The translations under genes and the position numbers were made by a program. The notes under the pieces were generated by a model. The model saw nothing but the letters and a program-made list of their open reading frames with translations, did not search any database and was not told where the DNA came from. A DNA stretch of 64,000 nt from contig DAHWNL010000009.1 of NCBI GenBank assembly GCA_027339965.1, positions 1 through 64,000 of the forward strand, read 5' to 3'. The stretch is from Granulicella sp. Lineage in GTDB: Bacteria > Acidobacteriota > Terriglobia > Terriglobales > Acidobacteriaceae. This document shows positions 30,488-42,013 of this stretch, piece by piece (within the stretch, counting starts at the first letter, position 1; every line of letters starts with the position of its first letter).

Positions 30488-32086
30488 TCATCCTTGCAGG
30501 ATCGCATCTGGGGTGTGGTCCCCCGTCTCCCTCCGAAGTTCCTCCAGGCGCGCAGCCAGTCTACGCTGCAGTTGGGAGTGGGCGGGACTCCCTGCAAGGT
30601 TGGTCAGCTCACCTGGATCTTCCTTGAGGTCATACAACTCATACTCTTGGGGGTCAAGGAAATAATGGATATACTTGTAGCGCTCCGTCCTGACTCCTCG
30701 ATGAGGCCGGACTTGCTCGCCTCCTGGGTAATCGTAGTATTCATACAACCAGTCCTTCCGCCACTCCGTCTGCTTCCCCTGTGCAAGATCGACCAGGCTC
30801 TTCCCCTGCATGGCCACCGGAACAGGAACTCCGGCTAATTCCAGCAGTGTTGGCGCAAAGTCCAGGTTGAGCACCATCTCGTCTATCCTCGTTCCGGCTT
30901 TAAACATCTTCGGGAAGCGTATCATGGCTGGCGTGCGTATCGATGGCTCATGCATAAAGCGCTTGTCAAAGCAGCGCCATTCGCCAAGGAAATATCCATG
31001 ATCGGAGCTATGCAAAATCACAGTTTCATCGATCTGGTTGGACGACTCGAGATAGCTTAGAATCTTTCCAATATTGTCATCGACCGCTCGAAACCCTGCG
31101 TAGTAGTCCTTGACAAGGCCTTCCAAATTCCGTGCGCGGTCCCATGTCTCGATTGTGCCGATTTTATTCTGAGCATCTATAAAAGCATGCGGTTTCCCTC
31201 CGGGCCAGCCTTGCAGGTCAGCGTCAAATGTGGAAGGAACTGGTATCGAATCACCGTTGTAGAGGTTTAGATACCGTCTTGGACGATAGTACGGCCCATG
31301 TGGGGCTTGATGACACAATAACAGACAGAATGGTTGCTCTCGCTCTTCCTTCAGCCATTCCAGGGCTTTGTCAGTAAACCAGTCGTCAGCATATTCTCCC
31401 GTCCAATCCAGCGCAGGGCTATTCGGGAAATCATCATGAAAGCTGCCCCGATAGGTCCTCTCCCCACCCATCTTGCCCTTCCTGCCCTCAAAGTAGGAGG
31501 GCCGGAAGTAGTCTGTTACTGGCGCGTTAAAGGCGCAGTAGTAGTCCCAATAGCGTTCGCGCAGCCCGTTGGGCAGGTGCGCTTTATCTATGATCGCAAC
31601 CTCGTATCCTGCTTGATGCAACAAGTCCGTAAAGACAGGGATATCGGCGGGGAGAGCCCGATTTGCATCATTCCCGTATGCTCCAGTTGTGTGCGAATAA
31701 AGGCCTGTCATGGTAGCCGTTCGCGCAGGCGCACACAGCGCATTCATGCAGAACGAGTTGTTGAAATACACACCTTCTTGAGCAATCCGATCCATATTGG
31801 GAGTTTTGAGCAGCTGATTCCCATTGAAGCTGAGGGCATCCGGACGCTGGGCTTCCGTGTAGAAGAAGACGATATTGGGGCGCTTTCTATTCAAGGGATT
31901 TAAAGCCCTATCTCTCCTCGATGCGGGGCTAGCCTCCATCGTTGTCGGGCCATTGATCATGGCTCCGGCTACTGCTGCCCCAGCCACGGCCGCCCCGCTT
32001 TTCAGAAAGGTCCGTCTGGAAGAAGAACCAGCTCTGGAGCCTGCTTCAAATTCATCTGACATCTTTATCTCATCCTCTCTCATCAT
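30488..32086 (-). CDS. Formylglycine-dependent (S1) sulfatase, Tat-exported
   Basis: SRRTFLK Tat signal; RPNIV; LCAPARTATMTG (CxPxR); SSDHGYFLGE; DKRFMHEPSIRTP; ELYDLKEDPGE. Confidence 0.93.
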   Translation of the reverse strand: MMREDEIKMSDEFEAGSRAGSSSRRTFLKSGAAVAGAAVAGAMINGPTTMEASPASRRDRALNPLNRKRPNIVFFYTEAQRPDALSFNGNQLLKTPNMDRIAQEGVYFNNSFCMNALCAPARTATMTGLYSHTTGAYGNDANRALPADIPVFTDLLHQAGYEVAIIDKAHLPNGLRERYWDYYCAFNAPVTDYFRPSYFEGRKGKMGGERTYRGSFHDDFPNSPALDWTGEYADDWFTDKALEWLKEEREQPFCLLLCHQAPHGPYYRPRRYLNLYNGDSIPVPSTFDADLQGWPGGKPHAFIDAQNKIGTIETWDRARNLEGLVKDYYAGFRAVDDNIGKILSYLESSNQIDETVILHSSDHGYFLGEWRCFDKRFMHEPSIRTPAMIRFPKMFKAGTRIDEMVLNLDFAPTLLELAGVPVPVAMQGKSLVDLAQGKQTEWRKDWLYEYYDYPGGEQVRPHRGVRTERYKYIHYFLDPQEYELYDLKEDPGELTNLAGSPAHSQLQRRLAARLEELRRETGDHTPDAILQG

Positions 32087-32991
32087 CTGCTTGTGAGGCT
32101 AGATCAGCGACATCTTCGGTCTGGGCCTCTCCGTGGGCTTTCCAGGTTCAGGAGGCATTGCCTTCCAGCTTCGGGTTTAACTTTCCATTTTGATCGCGCA
32201 CGGCCCCTGATAATGATAAGATCAGTGGTTACGGGACTGCCACAATGGCTACGTTCGCCGCGCTCGACAGCGACTCTATTCGCGCAATCGGCCGTCTACC
32301 ACGCTTTGATCACAAGCGAAGTGATGACTCCCTTCTCATCCGAGCAGGGGGAGACTTGCACAGCGCTCAATGGCAAAGGAATCAAGCCAGAACATTGCGG
32401 TCATGATTTGTCCGCCGGCCATGGCTTCAGGACAGTAAGAACATTATTTAGAATACACCTTCGCAGGTTCGCTGCACATCGAGCGGAGCTGTGACAGGTC
32501 TTTGCGACATCGTCTGGCTCCACTCTACAACGAGCTGCTTTGTTGGGGTGAATGATGCGCATGATGTCACAGAGTTGACAGATTCATACACGGATGCTGA
32601 AGAGACTGACATCTTGGCTGCTATCTCCAGCCCAATGGCCCCGTCAGGAGCCGCTTCCACAGAGTCTCATTTCCTATGAATACATTCCTTACAGGATTTC
32701 GAGAGTACCGAGCGATCGACTCCGTCCCAGGCTGCTTGGGGAACGGTCCAGCCCGATTCATCTGAAATGATATGTTGATGAATTCCAAATTGGCTACACT
32801 GTCGTGTATTGACTCACGCAACGGCTATCGGGTTGAAGGTCGGCAGGTAGAGGATCGACTCAAAGTCCAAGGGTTTCGCTAAAGCCGCAAGAGAGGCTCC
32901 GCGTTGGGTAGAAATGCAGGCCACCCTCCCGGCCTTTGTTCAGGTCCTCCATGCGGCGTCGCCGCTACTGGAGGCACCTTTGAGACCAATG

Positions 32992-33028
32992 CTGAAGGCC
33001 GGCCGCCTGAAAGGCAGCCGGCCTTCAG
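32992..33028 (-). terminator. Hairpin downstream of the TBDR gene
   Basis: CTGAAGGCCGGC...GCCGGCCTTCAG inverted repeat 15 bp after the stop codon. Confidence 0.65.
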
Positions 33029-33043
33029 AGCAGGTTGTGGACG

Positions 33044-36000
33044 CTAGAAGTTGAACTGCAGGCCGATTTGCATGTTCCTGGGACCGTTCCCTTGATTCGT
33101 GATGTGGCCGAAGTCTGGCGAAGTAAAGTTCGTGTTTGGAAAGCCCCAGATCACCTGGTTGAGCACATTGTTAGCGGTGGCTCGGAACATGATGGAATCC
33201 TTGCTGGTGACATAGAAGTTCTTGTTGATGGCTGCATCGATGTTATAGTAGGCCGGGCCACGATAGTTCCCTAGAATTCGTGGTGCGTTGCCAAAGGTGA
33301 ACGGAGCCGGCTGGCTAAATGCGGCTGGATTGAAATAGCCATTCAGCCTCGCAAAGACGGATCCAGGCATCTTGTATGAGGTTCCGGTCAAGTTTGGGCG
33401 CTCCTCGTTGTTTCCGGCATCCGCAGTGTTGTCCGTGTTGATGCCGATCTCGCCGCCACTTTGATCCGTGTCAATCACGTTCACCATCCAGCCACCCAGG
33501 AAGCCGTTGACCAGCCAGTTCCAGTTACCGCCCCAATGCTCACCGTGACCAAAGGGTAGCGTGTAATCCGCGGCTATGGTCAGATCCTGGGGTGTCAGGT
33601 TGGCTGAGATAGATCTTTCACCATTGTCGTTATAAATGTTCTGAATGCCCGCCGAACCGCCATCATTGATGATGTTTGAGTAATCGTCAATTTGCTTCTG
33701 GTAGGTGTAAGCCAATGTCCCGGTGAGCCCGTGGGATAGCTGCTTCTCAATTTTCACCTGGATGGATTGGTAGTCTTCATAACCTCCTGTGGGGAACAGG
33801 TAGCCCACGGACGTGTATTGGGGGAATGGGGCCACCAGATACCTTTCCGCGATCGTCGGTAGCGATTCCGTCCCGTTCTGTATAACGCCATAGAACGGAT
33901 TGGGCACTTCTTGCTGCAGTTTCGTGCCGAGCGCAAGATCCGCGGAAGTAAGCTGATCGGCGTTCCAATTCCCCGATCCGCCCTTGTTTAGATGGATTCC
34001 ATGGCTGCCAACGTAGGCTACGCTAATTACGGAGTTCCAGGGTAGAACACGTTGGATATCCAGGTTCCAGTTTTCGTTGTATGGCACCTGATTATCCCCC
34101 ATCTCCGACTCCACGAGACCTTGGCCGAGGGCCGTCAGCAGGCCGGCGGATGAACCAGTAACCTGATTCAGACCGGTCGGAAAAGGGTTATCTATGTACG
34201 TGGTCGGAGTGAGGTTATTTTGGCTTGCGACGTAGTTGGTTGTTGCGCTAAAGCCCTGCGAGCCCTCATTAGCATGAGCTGCGTGATAGGACGCACCGTA
34301 GAAGATGCCATATCCGCCACGTATAACGATCTTCTGTGTAAGCTGATAGGCGAATCCGAATCGGGGATCAAAGTTGAGGAACTGGGGCGAGTCAATACGG
34401 CGAGGCACTCCGTTCACGTTGGGATAAATCAGACCACCCACCAGGTTGGGTAGACCAGTCTCCGAGCTCAGTTGATTCTGCAATGCATTTGGATCAAAGA
34501 TCGTGAATGCGTTAAGCTTCTCCAACATCGGAAGATCCAGATCATAACGCAGACCCATATTGAGCGTCAGACGACGAGTTGGGTTCCAATCATCCTGGAT
34601 GAAAAGTCCGATATATTGACTATCATCTGTATTGCTCCCGAGAGGTGTGGTCTCTGTGCCGTTTGCTAAGCCCAAAAGAAATGTGGCAAACCCGTCACCG
34701 GCATTAATAGTCGCTACATCTGGATTTGGACCTTGGGTTAATTCTCTGGCGAAGTTAAAAACAAAGTTTGGCGCTGCCGAATTCGTTTGACCTGTTTGCA
34801 GATAACGGAACTCACCGCCGAACTTGAGAACGTTATTTCCCAGGGTCATGGTATTTGTCAGAGCGTAGATGCTTGTTTCATAAAAATCGACTCGAGTGAC
34901 ATTCGGCCCCGCATCGCCAAGGCCCACATAACCGGCAATACTGAAGGTTGGGAAGACATTGGGTTGAGAAAATTCGCTGGCGGGCAGGCCAAGTCCCTGG
35001 GCGGCGTTATAAAACTGGTTGTTAGCGATAAAGCCGAGGCTGATTTTGGAAAATCCGTAGCGGCCCTCCAAGACGTCCTTTGGCGAGATCATGTAGGTAT
35101 CATCCACCGATACGCTGTTGGATATTTGGTTGTGGGTCTGACCGCCTTCTCCGGGCTGATCGGCAACAGGGAACTGGTAGACTTCAGGGGCGACGTTGCT
35201 TTGATGGGAGTAGCGGACGAAGAAATGGTTCTTGACACCCAGGTTCTGATCAAACTTCATATCGAGAGTCTTGGTGGTGTTTTGGGTCGGTTCAGTATGG
35301 AAGTAGTTGTTGATGTTGGGAACACTGCCCGGTGTGGTTGTATTCGGCAGAGGCATGTACTGCATAGCCTTCAAGGCTATTGGATTTATGCGGGACTGTG
35401 GAATGATGTTTCCAGGAAATGCCTGGCGCGTAAACTGGCCTTGCGCGTTGGGAGTCGTTGTTGTGGTTGTCGGGTCGTAGATTGTGATCAAATTCCCCTG
35501 AGCATCCAGGTCGCTTGAAAAATCTCCACTCCGTTCCGCTACGGTTGGAACGGTTGTAAGGAAATTGGCTGACCCTGGGCTGAGATGCTCTTCGTAAGAC
35601 ACGAAGAAGAAGGTCTTGTTCCTGCCGTTATAGAGCTTTGGTATCCACACTGGCCCTCCCACGTCTCCACCGAACCAGTTTTGGTGAAACGGCGCCAGGG
35701 GCTGGTTGTGAAGATTGCCGAAGTATGTGTTGGCATCCATCGCTGAGTTCTGGTAATACTCGAACGCATTTCCGTGGTATTGGTTTGTACCCGACTTGTA
35801 AATCATGTTCACGATGCCGCCGCCGGAACGCCCGTAATCGGCATCATAGTTCGACGTCATCATCTGCACCTGGTCGATTCCAAGCAAGGTCGGAAACACT
35901 GCGAAGCCATTGATCGGGTTCGAAAGGGAGGGCGCAGACGGAATACCGTCAATCAAGATGTCGGCCGATGCCGGGCGGCCGCCATCCACCGACAGATCAA

Positions 36001-36640
36001 ATGAGTTATAGCTGCCACCTGTCCCTCCGGTGGTCCCGGTGGCCAGGAACATGTTGCTGTAAACGTTCCGGCTGAGATTGGGAAGATTATCAATCTCCGT
36101 TCTGTCGATATTGGTCCCGAGGGTGTCGTTTGTGGTCTTGAGCAGGCTGACGTTGGCAACCACATTGGTGGTTTCGCTCTGCGCACCAACCTGCAGCGCG
36201 ACATCCACCCGGCCGGTCTGATTCAAGACCAGCATGATGCCGGAGCGCACTTCGGTCTTGAAGCCGGCATGGCTGATAGTAACTGTGTATGGGCCACCCA
36301 CTCTGATATCCGTGAAGTGAAAATGCCCGGCGTGATCGGTGAGCGTCGCGTATTTTCCACCTGTCTCCGTATCAAGGAGCTTGACGTTCGCTCCTTGCAC
36401 CACGGCGCCGCTGCTGTCAGTCACTGTTCCGTCCAAACCCGAGCCGACAAGCTGCGCGTAGACGTGGGCTTGGAAGACAAGGACCAGACACAAGAGCGCC
36501 AGATACAGTCCAAGATGCCGAGGGTGGAAGCAAAGACGAGCGAAGCTTCGTCCTTCGTAATGAGATTGCGCCGGATTCGTGTTCACATTTTCAACAAGCA
36601 TGTATTCCTGGGGGGATGTCAAGCATTCCGTGTGTTTCAT
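33044..36640 (-). CDS. TonB-dependent receptor (Oar-like, N-terminal carboxypeptidase-regulatory-like domain); start uncertain
   Basis: GTVTDSSGAVVQGA, YGRSGGG...KSGTNQYHG, FIQDDW...LTLNMGLRYD, PRFGFAY, C-terminal PRNMQIGLQFNF. Confidence 0.93.
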   Translation of the reverse strand: MKHTECLTSPQEYMLVENVNTNPAQSHYEGRSFARLCFHPRHLGLYLALLCLVLVFQAHVYAQLVGSGLDGTVTDSSGAVVQGANVKLLDTETGGKYATLTDHAGHFHFTDIRVGGPYTVTISHAGFKTEVRSGIMLVLNQTGRVDVALQVGAQSETTNVVANVSLLKTTNDTLGTNIDRTEIDNLPNLSRNVYSNMFLATGTTGGTGGSYNSFDLSVDGGRPASADILIDGIPSAPSLSNPINGFAVFPTLLGIDQVQMMTSNYDADYGRSGGGIVNMIYKSGTNQYHGNAFEYYQNSAMDANTYFGNLHNQPLAPFHQNWFGGDVGGPVWIPKLYNGRNKTFFFVSYEEHLSPGSANFLTTVPTVAERSGDFSSDLDAQGNLITIYDPTTTTTTPNAQGQFTRQAFPGNIIPQSRINPIALKAMQYMPLPNTTTPGSVPNINNYFHTEPTQNTTKTLDMKFDQNLGVKNHFFVRYSHQSNVAPEVYQFPVADQPGEGGQTHNQISNSVSVDDTYMISPKDVLEGRYGFSKISLGFIANNQFYNAAQGLGLPASEFSQPNVFPTFSIAGYVGLGDAGPNVTRVDFYETSIYALTNTMTLGNNVLKFGGEFRYLQTGQTNSAAPNFVFNFARELTQGPNPDVATINAGDGFATFLLGLANGTETTPLGSNTDDSQYIGLFIQDDWNPTRRLTLNMGLRYDLDLPMLEKLNAFTIFDPNALQNQLSSETGLPNLVGGLIYPNVNGVPRRIDSPQFLNFDPRFGFAYQLTQKIVIRGGYGIFYGASYHAAHANEGSQGFSATTNYVASQNNLTPTTYIDNPFPTGLNQVTGSSAGLLTALGQGLVESEMGDNQVPYNENWNLDIQRVLPWNSVISVAYVGSHGIHLNKGGSGNWNADQLTSADLALGTKLQQEVPNPFYGVIQNGTESLPTIAERYLVAPFPQYTSVGYLFPTGGYEDYQSIQVKIEKQLSHGLTGTLAYTYQKQIDDYSNIINDGGSAGIQNIYNDNGERSISANLTPQDLTIAADYTLPFGHGEHWGGNWNWLVNGFLGGWMVNVIDTDQSGGEIGINTDNTADAGNNEERPNLTGTSYKMPGSVFARLNGYFNPAAFSQPAPFTFGNAPRILGNYRGPAYYNIDAAINKNFYVTSKDSIMFRATANNVLNQVIWGFPNTNFTSPDFGHITNQGNGPRNMQIGLQFNF

Positions 36641-36670
36641 GGGGACTGTCTCCTTATAGAAGCGCGGCCA

Positions 36671-36699
36671 TGATGCAAGCGATGATGCAAGCGATTGCT
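36671..36699. promoter_or_regulatory. Tandem TGATGCAAGCGA repeat containing a LacI-like operator
   Basis: TGATGCAAGCGA x2 (36671-36694); the second copy extends into TGCAAGCGATTGCT, a CG-centred pseudo-palindrome just upstream of the TBDR gene. Confidence 0.4.
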
Positions 36700-38220
36700 T
36701 CAGCGGCAGGCTAAGGCATGGCCGGCTTAAGAATGGATTTCAAGTGCGTTACTGGCAAAAGACTCTGCTTCTTTGTGCTTTATCGCCTCAAGCTTTCTCT
36801 CTTTGAGGCGCTTCGGGTTTTAGTACGGGTTCTAGATTCGGGATGACGTTGCGTTCATACAGATCCTCCGCTGGAAAGTCTCAAGCTGCCCTCGGCTTTT
36901 CAGGGCGAAGCTGTTGAAATTTATGCCTTGAGATTCGCGAGCCGGAAATAAGAGGATCTCTTTAAGTCGAGGATACCGGGCTGCAAGACGACGAACGTCA
37001 AACTTCAAAGGAGAACCAGTTTTGCGATAGGGTTTGCGGATGATCGTTGATTCCCGATCAAGAGCACTTGGAGGTTTTGCCTTCGAAGCAGGTTGGGCAG
37101 AGAAGGCCGCTATGGTTGGTCGTGGCGGGACATAGAACGAATTTGGATTGAGGGACAAACCCGGGAGCAATTGAGAAGACGATCCGAGTCATGAATTGGG
37201 ATGTTTTACGGAGTCCCCTGCTAAGCGTCTGGCTGAAGCAACGTTCGGTGGAAATCGAAGATCTGTGCCGCTCGGCACTCCACCCATGCCTGCGGCTCTT
37301 CCAGAGTGTAAAAGCTTACAGCCATTTACTAGGTTGAGCATACTCGCGGCTGGGTCGCACACCTCGCCGGGTGGAGACGCTTCGCCAAGATACTTTTGCC
37401 GGTAGACCATAGAATGGACGTTTCTTTCACTTCATGTTTGTTAATTCGATAAAATTGCTATCAAAGGGACGATACGACCCTCAATGTGCAGATGTCAATA
37501 GAAATTTTTTGTCAATTGAGGTCGGTTTGACGATCCGGAAGGGCGGCTGCGGATCAAACCAATCAAACAGGATTGGGCTCTACCCCCGTATCCCCGGTGG
37601 CTCTGGGGAGCTAGCCAGACGAAGGTCCCACCATCCATCGAGCCGCTTACAGAATTCCGCGTATCGCCGGAATTTGGAATTCACGAATAGGGGCGTGGGT
37701 TGGTGGCATTGGAGTCGGGTTGCAACGCTCATCCCTTTGCGGAGCGATCCCGCCTGGCGCGGGAAAGCGTTTTTAGCCTGTTGCAGCCATTGCAGTGTAT
37801 CCCTCCGAGCGTTCTGTTTCCCACGCTCGAACGTGAATGGGGGCCTTTCTCCAACCAGCATCGCCAACGGGTGGAGGGCCTCGCCCGGCCAAGGTTGCGC
37901 CCCGGTGGCCCCGCGGATGGGCGGCGTGGGCCGTCCGGCGCGGCATCGGCGAGCCATCGCCCGGGCCTTCCTGGCCATATGGCGGCTCCGAACCTGAACT
38001 CCCCGCGGCAGTCGCTGGACCGTCTGGCGGGCGACGAAGCCTTACGGCGGCTGTGTGGCGGGAACAGCGTGCGCGAAGGGCCGCGTCAGCGGTGGTCCAG
38101 GCCAAGCCCGCGCGGCCCCGGGACAAGCGAGGCCGTTCCGGGAAGGGCGAGGGTGGAGGATGCGTCCCTGCCCAGGACGGCGCGCCTTGAGCGACAGCGC
38201 GCGATGACTCTAACAAGGAG

Positions 38221-38505
38221 ATGAAGGCCGTCTTCCTGAATCTGGAAGCGATGCCCCGGACGTCCACGAACTTTTATCCCGAGCTCCTGAACGGCTTGGC
38301 GATGTACGCACTTGATTCGCTCAGCAACGCGGAGATTGATGGCCCAATCAGGCTCTCCCGAGGAGCGGGTTTGTGAGTGCCTTGTCCTCAGCAGCATTCC
38401 GCGGTTGCGGCGTATCGCGGATGCTGCCGGGCGGCCATTGGCCAACAGATCGCCTCCCACAATCAAAGGCCGAAAGAGGAATCCCCGGCGAAGCAAAAGC
38501 GGGTC
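38221..38505 (+). repeat. Diverged direct repeat, copy 2 (decayed DUF1015 3' end)
   Basis: Translates MKAVFLNLEAMPRTSTNFYPELLNGLAMYALD(S) versus MKNLSLNLEVMPQKSTDFYPKLLSGLAMYALD* in the intact gene; the stop codon and conserved residues are lost. Confidence 0.9.
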
Positions 38506-38580
38506 GAGATCGGGTCAGGGATGCGGAACCTTGACCCGTCGGCGACGCATGGGCGCTACCCTTTTTTGTTGTGGCCCCGG

Positions 38581-39351
38581 CTATCGGGAGATCCCTTCCA
38601 ACGGCGAGCTGGCGGTTGCGTAGAGCTTCTTGCCCATTCTTCCGGCCAGAAACGCCTCGCGCCCGGCATCCACCGCCTTCTTCATGGCGCTGGCCATCAG
38701 CACCGGCAGTCTGGAGGCAGCCATCGCCGTATTCAAGAGCACTCCGTCGAAGCCCATCTCCATGGCCAGCGCGGCATCGCTGGCCGTGCCCAGGCCCGCA
38801 TCCACAATCAATGGAACCTCTTGAATGAGCTCGCGCATCATGCGCAGCGTATACGTGTTCGCGATCCCCAGCCCCGTGCCGATCGGCGCACCCAAGGGCA
38901 TCACGGCGGAGGCCCCGGCATCGATCAGCCGCTTGGCAAACACAATGTCATCCGTGGTGTACGGCAGCACGGTAAAGCCTTCCTTCACCAGCACTTGGGT
39001 AGCTTCAACGGTCGCCTGAACATCCGGATAGAGCGTCGCCATATCACCGATCACTTCAATCTTCACCCAATCGGAGAGCCCCACCGCGCGTCCCAGACGG
39101 GCCGCGCGGATCGCCTCCTCGGCAGTGAAGCAGCCGGCGGTGTTGGGCAGCAGAAAATATCTCTTCGGATCGATAAAATCCAGCAGCGATTCTTTGCTAC
39201 GATCCAGCTCGACACGCCGCACCGCTACCGTCACCATCTCCGCTCCAGAGGCCTCAATGGCAGCCTTGGTCTCGGCCCCGTCCTTGTACTTCCCGGTTCC
39301 AACGATCAGCCTGGAGAGAAATGCTTTGCCTGCAATCTTCAATTCGTCCAT
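38581..39351 (-). CDS. thiG: Thiazole synthase
   Basis: [55 protein letters not shown]; start MDELK. Confidence 0.97.
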   Translation of the reverse strand: MDELKIAGKAFLSRLIVGTGKYKDGAETKAAIEASGAEMVTVAVRRVELDRSKESLLDFIDPKRYFLLPNTAGCFTAEEAIRAARLGRAVGLSDWVKIEVIGDMATLYPDVQATVEATQVLVKEGFTVLPYTTDDIVFAKRLIDAGASAVMPLGAPIGTGLGIANTYTLRMMRELIQEVPLIVDAGLGTASDAALAMEMGFDGVLLNTAMAASRLPVLMASAMKKAVDAGREAFLAGRMGKKLYATASSPLEGISR

Positions 39352-39569
39352 AACCCAGATTTTATTGCACCTGTCCCCGGCACCGAGCGAGGGGCGGATG
39401 GTAACCAAATCCGATGATCGGAGACTGAGCACGGAGCCCGCTGCCTGTCTTGGGGTCCTCCGCCGGCTGTGCGGCCATCGCAGGCCCGCGGCATTGGAAC
39501 CGTACCTCTTTTTCTTCTTTCCGCGCAGAAACACCCAGCCAACCGTGTACTCGGCGCTATAGTGTTGGC

Positions 39570-41858
39570 ATGCCGAATCTTCGCTCCCGCCGCAGCGCCG
39601 GCCTTCTGCTCACCCTGGCCTGCTTCGTCGCGGGCGCCCAGACGCCTGCCAAGCCGGCGTCGGCCTCCGTCGCCCCCGCCCAGGCCGTCCTGCGGCGCCT
39701 CATGCCCCACCTCGCGCCCCAGTTTCACCTCACGCTCAAGCCGGGCCAGCCTGATGCCTTCCGGATCTTCGGCGCTCCTGGCTCCATCCACGTTGAGGCA
39801 GCTACCATCCCAACCCTTCTCTACGGCGTTAACTGGTATCTGAAGTACGTCGCCCACCTTAATGTCTCCACCAACGGGCTGCGGCTCGGCTCGCCCAACC
39901 TGGTTCTGCCCGCGCCCTCCGCGCCCATTGAAAAACCTGCGCTGTACAAGATTCGCTATGCGCTCAATGAGAACGTGGACGGCTACGCCGGCCCATACTG
40001 GAGCGATGCCCGCTGGCAGCGTGAGATCGATATCCTCGCTCTCTCCGGCGCCAACGCCATTTTGATCGAGCGCGGCACCGACCTGGTCCTCTACCAGACC
40101 TTCCGCGACGCCGGTTACTCCGACCTGGCCATCCGCAAATGGATCACGCAGCCTGCTCACCAGAACTGGCAGCTCATGGGCAACATGTGCTGCTTCGACG
40201 AGCCCATCTCTCTGCAACTTTTGCGCAAGCGCGCCGCCTCCGCCCAGCGCCTCATCGCCAGCCTTCGCGCACTCGGCATCACCCCGGTCCTGCCCGGCTA
40301 CTATGGCATGGTCCCTGGAGACTTCGCCAGGCTCCATCCCGGCGCCCACGTCAGCGCCCAGGGCGACTGGAACGGCTTTCCCCGTCCCGGTTGGATCGAT
40401 CCCCGGGACCCCAGTTTCATCTCCCTGGCCGCCAGCTTCTATCGGCGCCAGCGCGATCTCTTTGGCGATACCTCCATCTATGACATGGAGATTCTTCAGG
40501 AGGGCGGATCCACCGGGGACGTCCCCCCCGGCGCCGCCGCCAAACGCATCCAGGCCGCGCTGGAAGCAGCCCATCCCGGCGCCCTCTGGTTCATGATGGC
40601 CTGGCAGAAAAATCCGCTCCCAGCCGTCATCTCCGCCCTGGACACCTCCCACGTCCTCATCGCCGACATCGAACAGGGCCGCATCGCGCGCAGCGACCGC
40701 GACCAGCAGTTCCACGGCGCCGACTGGCTCTTTGGTGGCCTATGGGAGTTCGGCGGCCGCACCACCCTCGGCGCACCCCTCTACGATTACGCTGTACGCT
40801 TCCCGAACATGGCTGCGAAGCCCGGCTCCCACATCGTCGGCACAGCTCTGTTCACAGAAGGCCTGGACACCAATCCCTTCGCCTTCGATCTCTATACCGA
40901 GATGGCCTGGCACAGGCATCCGGTTGACCTGAACGCCTGGACCCAACAGTACGCCCTCCGCCGCTACGGCAGCCCTACGCGCAACGGCCAGCCGGATCCC
41001 CACGCCCTCCGCGCCTGGCAGATTCTGCTCCACACCGCCTACGGCTACCATGCGGGTGACGGAACCGCCAAGGGCAGCAGCGAGGGCGACGCCGCGCAGG
41101 ACTCCCTCTTCAACGCCCAGCCGGACCTCACCACCACCCACGCCGGCGTCTGGGCCCCCCATGGCGCGCACTACTCGCTCGCTGACCTCCAGCCCGCCCT
41201 GACCGAACTCCTCCAGGTGGCACCCTCGCTCCGCCACACCGAGACCTACCAGTACGACCTGGTCGACATTGCCCGCCAGGTGATGGCCAATCAGGCCCGC
41301 GTCCTGCTGCCCGAGATCCACGCCGCCTACGTCTCCGGCGACCGCGAGGCCTACGTCGCCCTCACCCGCCACTGGATGCGTGACATGCGTCTCCAGGACA
41401 ACCTGCTCGCCACGAATTCTTACTTCCTGCTTGGACGCTGGCTCGGCTACATTCCACCCTGGGCTTCATCCCCGGAGGAACTCCGCCGGCTCAACTACGA
41501 CGACCGCTCGATCCTAACTACCTGGGGCGACAGCAAAGCCTCGGAGTCCAGCCTCCACGAGTACGCCAACCGCGACTACGCGGGCCTGACCTCAACCTAC
41601 TACGCAGCGCGCTGGCAGCTTTACTTCCACTCCCTGCTGATCGCCATGGACGCCAACACCACCCCAAAACCAATCGACTGGTACGCCTTTGGAGATGCCT
41701 GGAACCATCGCATGACCAGCTTCCCCGCCAACCCTGTCGGCAACCCCTACACCGCCGCTAGGGCTATTGCCAACGATCTCGAACTGATCCCCGAGCGACC
41801 CAAAGACCCGGAGAAGCCAAAGACTTCCCAGCGGAAGCTGCGTGCCGGTAACCCCTGA
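39570..41858 (+). CDS. GH89 alpha-N-acetylglucosaminidase (NAGLU-like), secreted
   Basis: [63 protein letters not shown]; signal peptide from MPNLR. Confidence 0.92.
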   Translation: MPNLRSRRSAGLLLTLACFVAGAQTPAKPASASVAPAQAVLRRLMPHLAPQFHLTLKPGQPDAFRIFGAPGSIHVEAATIPTLLYGVNWYLKYVAHLNVSTNGLRLGSPNLVLPAPSAPIEKPALYKIRYALNENVDGYAGPYWSDARWQREIDILALSGANAILIERGTDLVLYQTFRDAGYSDLAIRKWITQPAHQNWQLMGNMCCFDEPISLQLLRKRAASAQRLIASLRALGITPVLPGYYGMVPGDFARLHPGAHVSAQGDWNGFPRPGWIDPRDPSFISLAASFYRRQRDLFGDTSIYDMEILQEGGSTGDVPPGAAAKRIQAALEAAHPGALWFMMAWQKNPLPAVISALDTSHVLIADIEQGRIARSDRDQQFHGADWLFGGLWEFGGRTTLGAPLYDYAVRFPNMAAKPGSHIVGTALFTEGLDTNPFAFDLYTEMAWHRHPVDLNAWTQQYALRRYGSPTRNGQPDPHALRAWQILLHTAYGYHAGDGTAKGSSEGDAAQDSLFNAQPDLTTTHAGVWAPHGAHYSLADLQPALTELLQVAPSLRHTETYQYDLVDIARQVMANQARVLLPEIHAAYVSGDREAYVALTRHWMRDMRLQDNLLATNSYFLLGRWLGYIPPWASSPEELRRLNYDDRSILTTWGDSKASESSLHEYANRDYAGLTSTYYAARWQLYFHSLLIAMDANTTPKPIDWYAFGDAWNHRMTSFPANPVGNPYTAARAIANDLELIPERPKDPEKPKTSQRKLRAGNP

Positions 41859-42013
41859 GGGTTCTTCGCTTTTGCTTGCGCGCTTGCCTTTTGTGAGTCT
41901 TGTACTTCTCATCGGTTTCTGTTCGCTGTGAACCCAGCCATCGAGCATTGTAGGATCCCGCAGCATTTGCTCTTGCCTTTGGTCTGGAACCAACCCCCGA
42001 TCGAGGTGTCATC

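Larger units (their letters stand above)
22252..38220. mobile_element. Putative genomic island carrying a PUL-like glycan-utilisation cluster
   Basis: Bounded by the diverged direct repeats; visibly lower GC and weaker codon bias than the flanks; many non-coding or decayed stretches. No integrase was seen. Confidence 0.65.

Noticed and set aside
36720..38220. Short ORFs between the TBDR gene and the repeat, as a possible regulator or integrase
   Set aside because: No HTH or tyrosine/serine recombinase motifs recognisable in the frames examined; treated as decayed sequence.
20265..39351. Idea that the Ubl is the ThiS partner of ThiG (they would be ~2 kb apart without the island)
   Set aside because: The Ubl is longer than ThiS, coupled to the BNR gene and convergent with thiG; proximity alone is insufficient.
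39352..39569. TPP riboswitch expected upstream of thiG
   Set aside because: No CUGAGA-type TPP signature found on the minus strand, and thiG appears leaderless.
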